Below are positions 34,328 to 46,500 of a stretch of DNA of 64,000 nt, in pieces (positions within the stretch are counted from its first letter, which is position 1; each line of letters opens with the position of its first letter). The notes below the pieces were generated by a model. The model was not told the DNA's origin. It did no database searches and was given only the letters and a program-made list of their open reading frames with translations. A program made the position numbers and the translations under genes. The DNA is from Felis catus (taxonomy: Eukaryota), in assembly GCF_018350175.1 (NCBI RefSeq), contig NC_058368.1, positions 101,062,001 to 101,126,000 on the forward strand. The letters run 5' to 3'.

Positions 34328-37157
34328 GTATGTAGCCGCAGCCCGCGCGCGCTCTCCAGGGGCGCTGGCGCCGTCGAGCGCGGGCGCCCATCGGGGAAGC
34401 GGGTCGGATGAACGGGACTCCGGGTGGTGGGCTGGCCCAGGCCGCGGCTCTGCACGTCCCAGACTGCGGTGGCAAAATTTTCCCGACGTTAGAGAAGGAA
34501 AGAGAACGGATGGGATGCCGGGTGGCACTTCGGGGTTACCTTGTCCTCCTCCCATTCCCTGCCTCGCAGCCCCAAGCCTTTAAGACCCACGCTGCTCGAG
34601 GACCGGACTTTCAGATCTCCGCCCTCCCGCGGGATTGTGCCCGGGGCCGGGAGGGTCCTAGCAGCGTACGCTGGGGAGTGTGGGAGACGGGCTTCGCCTG
34701 GCCTTAGCGGGACACGGAAGGGACTCTCAGCATTTCTGGGGCGCGTGAATCCCAGGGCTTGGGTCTCCTCTCTGCCTTCTCTCTGGAGTTCACTACATCA
34801 GCTCATTTTCGGGCCGTGGGGTTGCAGGGGACCAGCCGCGAGCTGCTGGCTGGCCGGGCCTCGCTGGAGTAGGAATTTTGGACGACGCTGGGTCAGTCTC
34901 TCCCTGCAGGCAGGCATGATTCTTGGATCTTCTGTTTATTTAGAAAAGGGGAAAAAGAAAAATTGCCAACTGCTTAATGAGAAAACATTTCCGACTTCAG
35001 GGTAGGGTGGTTCCCTGCGGATCCCGCGTTCTCCGTGCACCCTTGATCGTGTAAACGTTCGCAGTCCGTAGGCATGCTTGGTGGTTTACTTCTTTCTTTC
35101 TTTTTTTTAAAAATAAGAGTGACAGTAGTTAGTTTCGTACAGTGCGCTGTCTTTGTTTCCGAGTAAATGGCAAGTGCCTAATTAAAGCTGGAAGTTCTCT
35201 TCCCCGCTTCGATCCTTTATTCAAAGTTTCAGACCTCACCAGTACAGGTCCATTGGGAGGTCTTGAAGCAAAATTCTAAATGAAGACCAAGAATGTGCAT
35301 TGCTTGGTCTCTAGTTATTTTCGTAATATCAGAAGTTATGATATGCTTACACCTAAGGCAGTTGGTGTAAGTGCTAAGTGTACTTCCAGAGTCTCTGGAG
35401 AGTCTATTAAAGCAGGTTAAGAGAGTCAGGTGGAAAGCGATACAGGATTCCAGAGATTGGCACTCACTCAGCTATTTTCATCTCATTTCTTCATTTAGTT
35501 TCTGTATGAGGAAAGTGGGTGATAAACATGTGTTATCATTCTCCGCTGGAATAAGTCCCCTCTTGCAGAATGTCTCCCGCTCCAAGAACTTCTTAATTCG
35601 TTGTAAAAACAAAATAACTCCGGGTTTTAGCGAAAGGGCTCCCGGTGTCGCTACTTTGATGAGAAAACATTGGACACGACCCTAGCGATGGAGGTATTTT
35701 AGTCTTTTCATAAGAGATGGGGATAATTTTTCTGATGGAGATAATTACAACTAACAAAAAGATCAGTTGTATTTACTTTTTTTCCTCTCTAGAGTTTGAG
35801 GCTAAAGTACCAGTTTAAAATGAGGGTTTCAACTCGAATTTGCCCTGCAGTTAAGAAGACTTTTGTATTTCAGAGCTTTAGAAAATTTTGGAAAATTATA
35901 TTGTCCTGGTGGATTTCAAAAAAATACTTATCTCCTACTGAATTTCTTGAATGTGTTGTTTTCAAAGCAGTTCTTTTAAAAAAAAATGTGAATTAAGAAA
36001 GACAAGAAATGCTTTTTGGAGAAGATATTTTCTGACCGCTAAGTAAAACATAGTGATTTTGGGCTTAGAGTGCGTCGAGCTTGCGGTTTCTCTTCTGAAT
36101 TAAACGAGTATTGGAAAAAAATGCCAACAGTACACCCCAAAAGCCCAGGCTGTGCCCTGAGCTCCTATACTGTTTGCAGAGCCATCTTGAGGTTCAGGGC
36201 ATTTTCACCAGAGAAGAACCTAGATCAATCTGAGAAAGAACTGGGATAGATTGCTAATTAATATGTGGCTCTTGAACCAGTTTATTGCCCAGGTAACTTT
36301 TTCCTCTGGCTGGAGGAGATGATTTATGATTTATCTAAATTATTCCTATCGTGTTAATCTTCTGGTATCCCCTTTTGAGTGGACTGGACGGCTTCCCTGT
36401 GCCAAGCGCAGGGGAAAACAGAAAACACGAAGGGAAAGACAGTCAGATCGTCCTATTAGAGTTACACTTCACGTCTCTCCCTAATTAAGGGGCAATTGAG
36501 AAAGAAAATAGAAAGCTGAGGTCGTTCTGTGTAATGCTGACGGACCAGGCCTGCCATTCTATCAGAAACTTCTCTGGGCAAGAGCCCTCGCTCTTTTGAA
36601 ACCTTGGGATGTGTTTTTGCAAAGATGGAGTGAGAAGTGATTGAGTTTAATCTAGCGAGCGGATCAAAACAAAACAGAAATGCAAAGGGTGGGAAACATT
36701 CCCCCCCCCCCCCCCGCCTTAGATGGGGGGAAGTTTCTCAGTTACTTGAAAGATGGTGAAAACCACAGCTTCGCCCCATTCCCAGGTTCTAAGTGGGTGG
36801 GGGTGGGGGGAGGTGGGGTGGGAGGCAGGCAGAGGGAAGCGCCTCTTTATCCTGCGGCTCATATCTTTTCCTGGTTTCCTTTTAGCCTCTTGCCATCTTC
36901 CTCTAAAAGAATTCTGTGAAATGACCACTCAGCATTTCTTCGTTTTATTACTTTATATTAAAAAGGATATTGGGACATTTTCTCTTTTTTCTTACAAGGC
37001 AAAGAAAGGGACCTCCTTACTTCCCTTATCCCTTTAGAAGAGTAACCCTTTGCCTGGGAGAAACAACCCAGTAACACATAGGAATCATTAACAGTCCTTT
37101 GACCTTGAAACTTTATTGGCATCTTTGGCAAATGCCATAGAGAAGGTCCTGTGGCTT

Positions 37158-37161
<4 letters not shown>

Positions 37162-37199
<38 letters not shown>
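37162..37199. repeat. (AC)n microsatellite
   Basis: Read directly. Confidence 0.95.
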
Positions 37200-37201
<2 letters not shown>

Positions 37202-38399
37202 AAAAACAGCAGAAACTGTAAAAGCTAGCCCCCCGTAAACTCTTCCATTGTATTTCTCTTATCTAACTCTGTGGGTTATTTTATCGCACGATTGAAGTAC
37301 TCTTTGAACTGACTCTCCCAATGCTTCTTTGCCGGGTTTTCTTCCCACTGTCCTCACACCGGTCGGCATTGTGTAGTAGAAACGGAGGATGGGGTCTCTC
37401 TTCCTTTTCTTCTGTCACTGCCCGCATTTGCTGCCTGGTTGCCTGAAGCCATTGATTACGTCAGGCTCCTTCGCTTTGGCCTCTTGTGGGGTTCCGGGAG
37501 CTGGTGCGTTGCTCAAGACCCCACCACTACTCTTGCAAGGTAGTGAAAGGCGGCCACAGGGCGCCCCTGGTGTTTGTACGAATGATACTGGGCAGTCTCT
37601 TGGCCGGGCTGATTGCCTCCTCGCATACCTTTCATGTGAAGATGTTCTTTTTTGTGTGGAAAGGGAGGTGGGAGCTAAGTCCGCCCCGAGTGTCTCCGCG
37701 TGGAGTAGGGGCACTTTGCAACTTCCCCAGCTGGAGGTCTCTGCCTCCTTCTTTTTCAGAGGGAGCCCTGCTGCGCAGGGAACAGTAGTGGGAACAGCAC
37801 TGGCAGGTGCCCAGGTGTAGGAGTAGGGTGCAAAGCATTCTGTTGGTAGTGCCACCCTTTCCTAGCGCTTGGGGAGAGGGGCTGTGGGAGAGAAAGAAAT
37901 CTGGGGTTTGTCCTGTTGAGGGGTTAGAGAGCTGAAAGAAGGGTGAGTATTTTCTGACCTTCCCCGATCTCTTCCCAACCTGTTGGGACACGTAGGTCCC
38001 GTTTTGGGGAGCTCCCGAGCCCAGTAACCCCCCAGTGGCGTCCTCCTGCCACCCAGGCACCGGCTTCGCTACCCCCGCCCAGCGTCCCCGCTGTCAAGCG
38101 CCTGCGACTTAGATTTCAGACCTGGTCCCTGGTGGGAGGGAGGCTCGGAGTCAGTGTGTGGGCTTTTGTGTTGTTCTATTTTTTTTTCTCTTTTCTCTCT
38201 TGTGTGCAGGCCCAGCCCCATCCCGTAACACACATGATTTAGCTATTTTACATTATTCGTTATCTAGCGCCCTGAAACCGAACATAGAGCCATATATTAG
38301 ATTGAGGTTAGGAGTGGTGGCGACTGTTTATTTAAGGTGATAAAATGGTCCATCAGCAGTAATCTCCATCGATATGTGCCACCAGGAGATGAAGGATGA

Positions 38400-39500
38400 G
38401 GGGACAAGCCACAATTAATTGCCCTATAGTTTTGTAGGAGAGAGTGGAGTCGGCCCAGGCCCGCTTCGATCTCCTCTCCCTCCTATTCATCATCTCCGCA
38501 ATGTATATGGCGGCCTCGCAGGGGCAGGGGCCGGCGAGGTTTATCTCGGCCCAATATTCTCTCGCCCGCACACGCTGGCGCTCCCATTTAATTTATTAAT
38601 ACGGTCATCGAAAGACAAATAAAATCCACATTGCCTCCCCCCTTCTTTCTCCCCCTCCCCCTTTTGTCTCTCCCTCTTGGTCCCTGGGCCAAGCCGGCAG
38701 CCAGGCGGAACAGGGAAAGCCCAGCGCGCCCGCGATTCGCGGGGAGCTTTAAACGCCCCTCGGGAGAGTCCTCGAGAAGGTTCGGCGCGCCCACATTCGG
38801 CTCCCCTTCCCGGTGGCCGGGCTAACCGGCCTCGCCTTCTGGGTGTGCCTCTAGAGCCCCTCGGGGGAGCCTAAAAGACCCCTGCTGGGTGGAGGCACCG
38901 ACCCGTGGGAGGGGCGGCAGTGGCGGCGGCCCCTTCTGGTTTTCTAAGAAAGGCCTTGGCCGGCCGGAAGGGGCAGGGGCCTGGGCGTTCAAGGTTCAGA
39001 CTTCGGTGCGGGGAGTCCCCCGGCGGGCCTGGCCGTGCCTCCCCTCCAGGCACGGGGCTGGCGTGGGAGGACGCGCGGAGAGCGCGGGTTGGAGTCCCGG
39101 GGGCGTGCGCCCCGGCGTGGGAGGTTCCGGCCTGCAGGGCTCAGCCCGCCCCCCGCCCCGTCGCCGCACCCCGGCGACCCCGCGCCCGCACCCCGAGCTC
39201 TCGCGGAGCTGCCAGCAGGCGGCACTCCCGGGGCGCCTCCCCGGGCGGGATCGATGGGCACCCGCCCCGCCGCGCTCGGCCTGCGGGACCGGGGGCCGCG
39301 ACCTCGGCGGCGGTCGCTGAAGATTTATAGCTTAGCTGTTACTGCCGCCCAGGCGGAGAGGCCGGCTTCTCGGCGGCCCCTCCGTTTCTTTTCCAGAGGA
39401 TGAGCGAGGGCGCAGGCGAAGGCGGCGGCCGAGAGGCGTCGGGGAGCCAGGGCCTAGTGTGGCGGGGGCTTCCCGCGGGTCCGCCAGCCTCTCCAGACAG
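38400..39500. promoter_or_regulatory. Intronic CpG island (PRDM6 intron 2)
   Basis: Dense CpG and GC-rich sequence with no recognisable coding homology. Confidence 0.8.
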
Positions 39501-41144
39501 CAACAAAGTCCCGAAACGTGTTAAATTTCACCTTTCCTAGAACCAGAAATGAAACACCAGAGAAGAAAACCATGGCCTGCTCGGCCCCCTTTACTTACTC
39601 CATTTGCATTTGCACAAGTAGTGCACGCACTCGGAAAAAGATTCAAACAGCGTGCTAGGGTGTGAGATGAAGAGTCAGAGTCTGCTCTTCACTACACTGG
39701 GCCTGGCCTTCACAAGTCAGTAGGGAGGTCTGGAACCTGGTGACACATCCTTCCCTTATTCAGGGACCCATCAACAGGAGCACTAACACATCTATTCAAG
39801 GTAGAGGAGGGACCCTGGTCTCTTCTGTTGCCTAGTGCTAAAATGGCATTTCAGCCTATCTTGCTTGGAGAATCTGATAGTCGTTCTCACAGATGGAGAA
39901 AACACTTTGCAAATAATAATTATGAACTGTACAAAAAATTACCCTAATTCTAGGAGAAACGAGGAACATGCATTTGCTTGCTCTTTATGAATACCAGTGG
40001 ACTTGCATTTTATGTATTGCTTGGTAGGGAATGCTGCGTGTAATGTGTATATTAAATGTATATACAGCATATAAAAAATTCATCTTGGGGGTGTAGTTTG
40101 GGCGTCTAGCTAGCTTCTCCCTCAAACCTTTTCTAGGTGTTCATGGCTTGTCTCTACAAAACACTCTCTGAGTACTACCTCACATGTTGTAAGCTTCTTC
40201 AGACTCCTTTGGGACTCAGAGACCTAAGCCAGGGGCCAATTATTTTCAATGGCAGAGGTTTTGTAGAGTAAAAAACAACAGCATCAGGATAGAACTGTGT
40301 TTAGACGTAATTGGTCAACTTCTCTAGCAGAATATTTTGATGCCACCTGAAGTGGTTTCTAAATTAAGACTCATGTAATTAGAGTGGATTGGCCTCCCTT
40401 GCTCTGCTGTGGACTTCACACACAGGTAGTTTTCTCAATACTGGGAGAAACTCAGCTTTTGATTCAGCAAAATGCCACTACTGGGTTTTTCAACACCTGC
40501 TGGAGGCCAATGAAACATAGCAAGTAGAGAAGTAAAGCTATCTAAAGAGGACTTCTTAAAGAAAGGACTAGCCAGAGTTTTACCGTGCATCACAAATACT
40601 GGGAGTGTGTTTGCTGTCTGTGGGGGTGGTGGCTGGAGTTGGTACTTTTCCTCCTTATTTTATTACTGATGTAGTTGGTGTGATATTGAACGTGGTGGAG
40701 ACGTTGGAAGTTGACAGAATCTCTGGGGTTGGACTGATAGGGAGTGAATACCAAATGCTCTCGCTTCTTATCCTGGTTCACTGAGCCAACCAGAAAGGAA
40801 AGTGGGTTAAGCAACTCCCTGGGGTGATTTTATTTTTATTTTTATGGGCCTGTTGCCTTTGCTCATTGTCATTTAAGTTCTTTTTGCTCAGGTGCTGAAC
40901 GGTCATCTCTGAGGTCAGACACTAAAATTCAAAATTGTAGACATCACCTCTTCACTTTTCCGTACTTCTCACAGCCCCAAGCCCAAGAGTGTGGGAGAGA
41001 GATCTAGAAATCTTTGTAATTGACCGGTGCTAGAGCAAATTTTGCATCTCCCAAAGAGTGCTGTCAGTGAAATAATGCTATCGATTGTGAGTTTGGGTAT
41101 ACAATTCTCCCAGCTTTCATTGGTCTCCCTAGATCTTTAGGTCT

Positions 41145-41315
41145 GGAGGCTTTGGAGTCAGGCAAACCTGACTGAATCTTTACCACTTTCTAGTTTCTGA
41201 GCCTTGGTCTCATGACATTGCTCATGAAGCCTCAAATTGCGTCATCTGCAAAACAGGGATCATGATAGGGTGATTGCTCGGCTCAAGATAGGTGTCTGGA
41301 ACACTATGCGGCAGG
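41145..41315 (+). mobile_element. MIR
   Basis: ggctttggagtcaggcaaacctg...aagcctca...tcatctgcaaaacagggat. Confidence 0.7.
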
Positions 41316-42675
41316 TGACTTTGAGTTTTTATTGTCTTTCTTTCCATTCCGCCTTTGTCTTGAAGTTTCTGTTTTCACAATCAGAAGCTTAAGAGGATGT
41401 GTGAAGTGTATCTGGAAGGGCTGACGTATGGTAAGTGTAGGACTACCTTCCATCTAGGCCCTGAAGTCAAAAGCAGAGCCTGACGGTATTTACATTAGTG
41501 TCTGTTACTGGAAGAGGGAGCTTTTGTGCGACGGAGGTCCAGAGGCATGGACGCTTCCTGCCTGTAGGACCAGTTTGTTGCTTTTCACTTGAGAGGCCTG
41601 GGGACGCCTTCAGGACGCTGCAGTCAGAGGGTCCTGTCATTTCCTGGGCTCTCTTGGGAGGAGTGAGGGAATAGCTGAGGGGAAGGCGCAGCCAGCTGGA
41701 GCCCTTCTCCACGGAGATAGGATGCTCACATGATGGTCACCCCTCAGCTTGCTGTGAAACAAGGGGGGTTCGCTCACCGTGGATGGTTGCCATTAGGGGT
41801 TCCTTCCTTGATGACCCACTTTGTCCAAAGTTACGTGGGTGTTTCCTCTGTTTGAGCACGGAGAGGGCACACTTAGGGTGATCCACCAGGACTGGCAGCG
41901 ACCAAAGCTAGGCGGAGGTGCTTTGAGACCCCAAGGATGAGCCGTCACCCAGCACTGGCGTATCCACTGGTGCCCCAGCTCTCGCCTGAGAGCATGCTCT
42001 GATGCTCGGTGCCATAGGACTCCGTTGCGCCGCGGGTTCCCCGGGGAGGCCGGGTCGTGCAGGCGGGTGCCCAGGCTGCCTCCCTGAGGCAGGTCTGCAG
42101 GGCCCCGGGCGCAGACACCGCGGCTCCGCCAGGCCCATTAATAACCCGGAGGGCGCTGCGATCCGACAGCGCGGTCGCCGCAGGCCCTGCTTCCCGCGGC
42201 CGCCTGGCCTTTTCCCATCCAGTTTTTAGTCGAGGGACACTGGGCATCCACAGGTCCCCCTCCCAGAAGGAGGGTGAGGGATCCCCTTGGCTGCTGGCCG
42301 CCCTGGGGAACGTTGGCGAGAGACCTCTTCACAACAGCTTTCCCTTCGCTTATAACTCAAGATAGTCGCATTCAGCCTGGGGATCGGCCGTCTGGGCGGG
42401 AGTTGAGGCCCTCTCCACCGAGCCATTATTCTGATCCTTAACGACCCATTATGTTGATCCTTAAATTTGCTCTTCGTTTCTTTTTGGCTTCTGGGAGGAG
42501 TTTGCACTCCAGGACAGGTACTCCAAACCTGCCAGAACATTCCCCTTTTCCACCCGTGCCCTTCTGGCTGGAGTGGCCAGAGCGAGTGCTGCCGGGGCTC
42601 GAGAGGGACCCCAGCGCCAGTGCGCCCTCTTTGGCGGTTGTCTGGGGTTTCGGCACCACGGGAGCCAAGACCGGC

Positions 42676-42692
42676 TCCGCCCTCTGGTGTGG
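42676..42692 (-). promoter_or_regulatory. Candidate CTCF motif
   Basis: Minus strand reads CCACACCAGAGGGCGGA, close to the CTCF core CCASYAGRKGGCR. Motif match only. Confidence 0.35.
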
Positions 42693-43240
42693 GGGTCCCT
42701 AGGAGTAGGAAGGACGCTCTGTGCTAGGTGGGTTGCCCACCTGCCCTGGTGATTCTAGAAGTATTTTTCTTTAATTGTAGAAGGTGGAAAACCAGATATG
42801 CCCGGGTGATCAAAGCGCGATCTCTGTTGAGACAGAAGACAGAGCAAGAGACACGCTCTTTTCGAGTATTAAACACACCTGGAAATCCCGTAGAGCGAGA
42901 ACACCTGGGAACCGAGAAAGGGAAGTGGGAACTAGAGACCGACGGGAAGAGGGGGAGAGGGACAGACCTAGAGGACAAGACGCAACGCCATCCTCACCTA
43001 CCTCGCAGGGCTTTTGGGGTGCCCCGGGTCTCGACTCCTACCAGGCCAATGTGGGTGCTGCGATTTCCAGGGGAGAGGTGCATATTTACTTCTCCCCCTG
43101 TTCGCAGTGGCCTCACCTCCCTCGCAGGTGGCTTACCCGGGAGGGGGATGTTGTTGTCCCCGGGGTTTACCCGAGGCTGGGCCGCCTCGAGCGGCAGGTT
43201 AACCTTCTTCCTTCCCTCCCTCCCGCCTGTCTCCCGGCAG

Positions 43241-43548
43241 GTTGCGACATGTGCGCGGACAACCGCAACGGCGAGTGTCCCATGCACGGGCCGCTGCACT
43301 CGCTGCGCCGGCTCGTGGGCACCAGCAGCGCCGCGGCCGCCGCGCCCCCGCCGGAGCTGCCCGAGTGGCTCCGGGACCTGCCGCGGGAGGTGTGCCTGTG
43401 CACCAGCACTGTGCCGGGCCTGGCCTACGGCATCTGCGCGGCGCAGAGGATCCAGCAGGGCACCTGGATCGGGCCCTTCCAGGGCGTCCTCCTGCCCCCG
43501 GAGAAGGTGCAGGCCGGCGCTGTGAGGAACACGCAGCATCTCTGGGAG
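43241..43548 (+). CDS. PRDM6: PRDM6 second coding exon (308 nt): PR zinc knuckle and start of the PR/SET domain
   Basis: Acceptor cttccttccctccctcccgcctgtctcccggcAG| ends at 43240. C+GT restores the Arg codon in phase. Encodes [17 protein letters not shown] (C-x2-C-x7-C-x2-H)...[19 protein letters not shown]...QHLWE. Donor GAG|GTAAGT at 43549. 595+308=903 nt=301 codons. Confidence 0.96.
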
Positions 43549-46500
43549 GTAAGTCCCTCGCCGCCCAGCACCTTGCCACCCAGCCGGAGCTCTGGCCGGC
43601 AAAGAGCCTGGCCCTTGGTGGGGGCAGGGGCGGAGGAAGGCATTTTTGGGGAGAGCTTCCCTTGTTCTCCAGAAGGTAGTAGAGAATAGATTTCTCTGGT
43701 CACGCAAATGCCCAATATCGGCAGCACCTGCAGTAAAGAGGTGCTCAGCCAGGAAGACAGGGGCTCCAGGTTTCTGAAGTTGGGACCCCCTTAACAGGCC
43801 TCTACTCCAGCTAGTCTCCCTGGATCTTGAGAAAAAGAAAACGCAGGTGAGGTGATAGAGCAGAGGAGGGTGGACATTGGGGGTGTAAGCTAGAAGAATC
43901 TGGTGCCCCATTCTGAGCTCTTCCAGGATGTTTTTTGGGCACTGGGCAAGAAGGAACATAAGCCTGACCAGGAGGAAGAGAGCCAGGCTCCTTTTCCCAG
44001 ATAAAAACAGTTTTGTAAACCCTGAATTAGACTGCAACATGTTTCATAACGTCCCAAGTATCCTCAGGAAGCAATTCCTGTCGTGAATGAGAAATCACAA
44101 ATTCTGCTGCTTCTCTGACAAAGTACAGTTCCACAGTCTTCAACAAGACAGGAAATCAAAACATAGGAAAACTCGGAGCACTTTGATATCACCCAATTAA
44201 TGGTAATACTTCAGTGGCACAATCTTATCTCATGCTATTATTTAAAAATAAACAGTATACTTGAAAAATGTTAATCTGAGATTCCTCCCAAAGCTTTACG
44301 GTTGATTATCGAGATCCAGTTCTGAAGAGGCAGATTCTTGGCCATAGGTAATCCCCCCCCCCCCCCCACCAACCAGTTGTAGCCACCTCTCACCCATGGA
44401 GTGATTTATGAAATACAAGATGCTAGAAGTTTTACTCTTAGGGCAATATGTAGATCTTACTGAGGCCAGGCAGTGTAATGGAGTGGGAACAGCCAGAAAA
44501 CAAAGTCTCTCGAGTGCCAGCGGCCAAGTTGGTGTGGACTTTAAGTCCCCGTTCATGGTCATTTCTACAGCAACGTGTCTCACACACTTGGTTCGCTGGC
44601 CTGTCAAGATGGGCATGCTCATTGTGAGAAGCCCCATGGTCAGTCACCAAAACTCGGGAGACTCAGTAATCCACTCGGATTTTTGCTGAGCACTCTGGCC
44701 AGCACTACCTTAGGGCCTGGAGACACAGCATTGTGAAAAACAAACCCAGCCTCCAGAACTGTTACAGGGCTGTTGGCGATGGGCTGCTGGGGCCTGTGTT
44801 TGTAAAACCTCCTTGGAAGGGGGAGGAGCTAAGTGTATGAGCTCCCAGCGCACTGGCCCAAGATGACCACGTGGCGGCCATGGGTGGCATAGACCTTACA
44901 GTTATCTGCTAGGGCTGTGGGCCCAGGTTGCAGGTTCCATTTCACTCCTAAATTGGAAAACAGTTACACGTTTTTCATCTTTCAGACCAGGAATCTTGAA
45001 CAAGGGGCAGATTTATGTTACCAAATAGTGTTTTGTTTTGTTTTTTTGTTTTTTAATAGACATTTTCACAGGAAAACATGGTGGGAGAAAAATGGCTTGG
45101 TACATGGAGCCAGGTTAGGAGTTAGAGCTCTGGGGATTGGAAAAACTGACAAGCGGGAAATAATCAAAGCATCTGGTTTGGAAATATTTCCCAGTTGGTT
45201 TTTGTTTCTGACTAATTAGTTGTAACCTCCAATGCGGTTTAAAGTTTATAAAACACTTCCAGGCACTTTTCGTGTTCCAGTAGTGTTATTAGGAGTGCTA
45301 ATATCATAGAGTTAAAGGTCTGCCAGTACTTTTCTGAGATCTTAAAGCAGTTGTTCAATGGTACGGATTTGCTCTGTGTGCAAATGTTAAGACTGAACAC
45401 TGTTATATTGCCCTCGGTTGCCTCACGTTTTGAGCTCATCTATTTTTAGAGTGCCAGGGGACAAAGCCATAAACATGAAAAAAATCCCATAATTCATTGT
45501 TGTTGTTTTTTTTCTTTTTTTTGGTTTTTTTCTTAAAGGATTTGGATTCTTGGTATATTGGCTGGAGATCACTATGCATATAGAGTAAAATGATAAATCT
45601 TAATGCTGAAAACTGTAGAGTCTTTCCCTTGTACCTTTCCTTGTACGTGAAGTTGAAATTGTTCAAATAAGGAGTGGGACTTGAGGGTTGTTGTTGATCC
45701 CTCGGTCGATAGGAAGTGCGTCTTACCTGTAGCTTCAGGTATGTGAGTTGGTTCTGTGTTATAAAAAAGACTTGATGGGAGTATGCATGCATAAATGATT
45801 TACGGGCCCCTCTTCCTAATTTCAGGACACGATCTGTTTATTTTTATCATCTGTAAGAACAGTTAGAATAAGCAAACATTGAGGGGATCGAAGGGATAGT
45901 AAAACTGCAGCCGTGCAAAATATATCTGTCTCCTGGGAGATCCTATAAAATGTGACGGACTGGGGCCAGGTAACTTAGTGCCGATGTCCATTTGTAAGAT
46001 ACAACACTTACTTTAATGGGTTTCAGGTTTTTATTAGTATAATTTTTTTTAAGCTATAGAGTCTGAGTTTGTTAATTTTAAGCATTATGATTTATTCTTT
46101 TTCTGAAATGTGCCGATTTGAATTTAGTGAAATTTATAACAGGAGATTCCAAATGGTGTTCCTTACATGTCAGCCTTTGCTTTCAAACCTAAGTTCTACT
46201 GTGAAAAAATTTTAATCACTGTATGATTCGTATTAGGAAAGAATCAGTAATCGGGATATACGGTAGATCGATAGGAAACTTTTGGCAATAATTGTTTCAT
46301 GACTCATGTAATAATTATCCATTGAAAAAAACACATTCTTTCAGATATCTTCCAGAATCTCAGGTTGACATAAAACAGATCTTTAAAAACTTAAAAGCAG
46401 TTGAAGCATTACCATTTCATTTTAAAAGTCAACTGAAATCATTTCTCTTCTCACATTTTTTCCAAGTCACTGGCTGATGAAGAAATGTCTTTATATTTAG

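Larger units (their letters stand above)
29400..34900. promoter_or_regulatory. Large CpG island / TATA-less promoter of PRDM6
   Basis: Very GC- and CpG-rich over exons 1-2. GC boxes (e.g. CCGCCC ~32347), E-boxes CACGTG (~30779, ~32915) and CRE-like GACGTCA (~32629). Confidence 0.85.
41900..43620. promoter_or_regulatory. CpG island upstream of and over PRDM6 exon 3
   Basis: CpG-rich from ~41.9 kb through exon 3. Confidence 0.75.

Noticed and set aside
34328..34335. In-frame stop just inside intron 2 (would give a 200-aa product)
   Set aside because: An early intronic stop is common and nothing in the sequence supports regulated intron retention.
33106..34455. 449-aa antisense ORF over PRDM6 exons 1-2
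   Set aside because: Starts at GTG, has low-complexity Gly/Arg/Ala content, and is the expected stop-poor shadow of a very GC-rich coding exon.
42784..43689. 301-aa ORF as a stand-alone gene
   Set aside because: Only 43241-43548 is PRDM6-like; the flanks are intronic read-through past clear splice sites.
42994..44040. 348-aa minus-strand ORF
   Set aside because: Antisense shadow of GC-rich exon 3 with no homology I can recognise.
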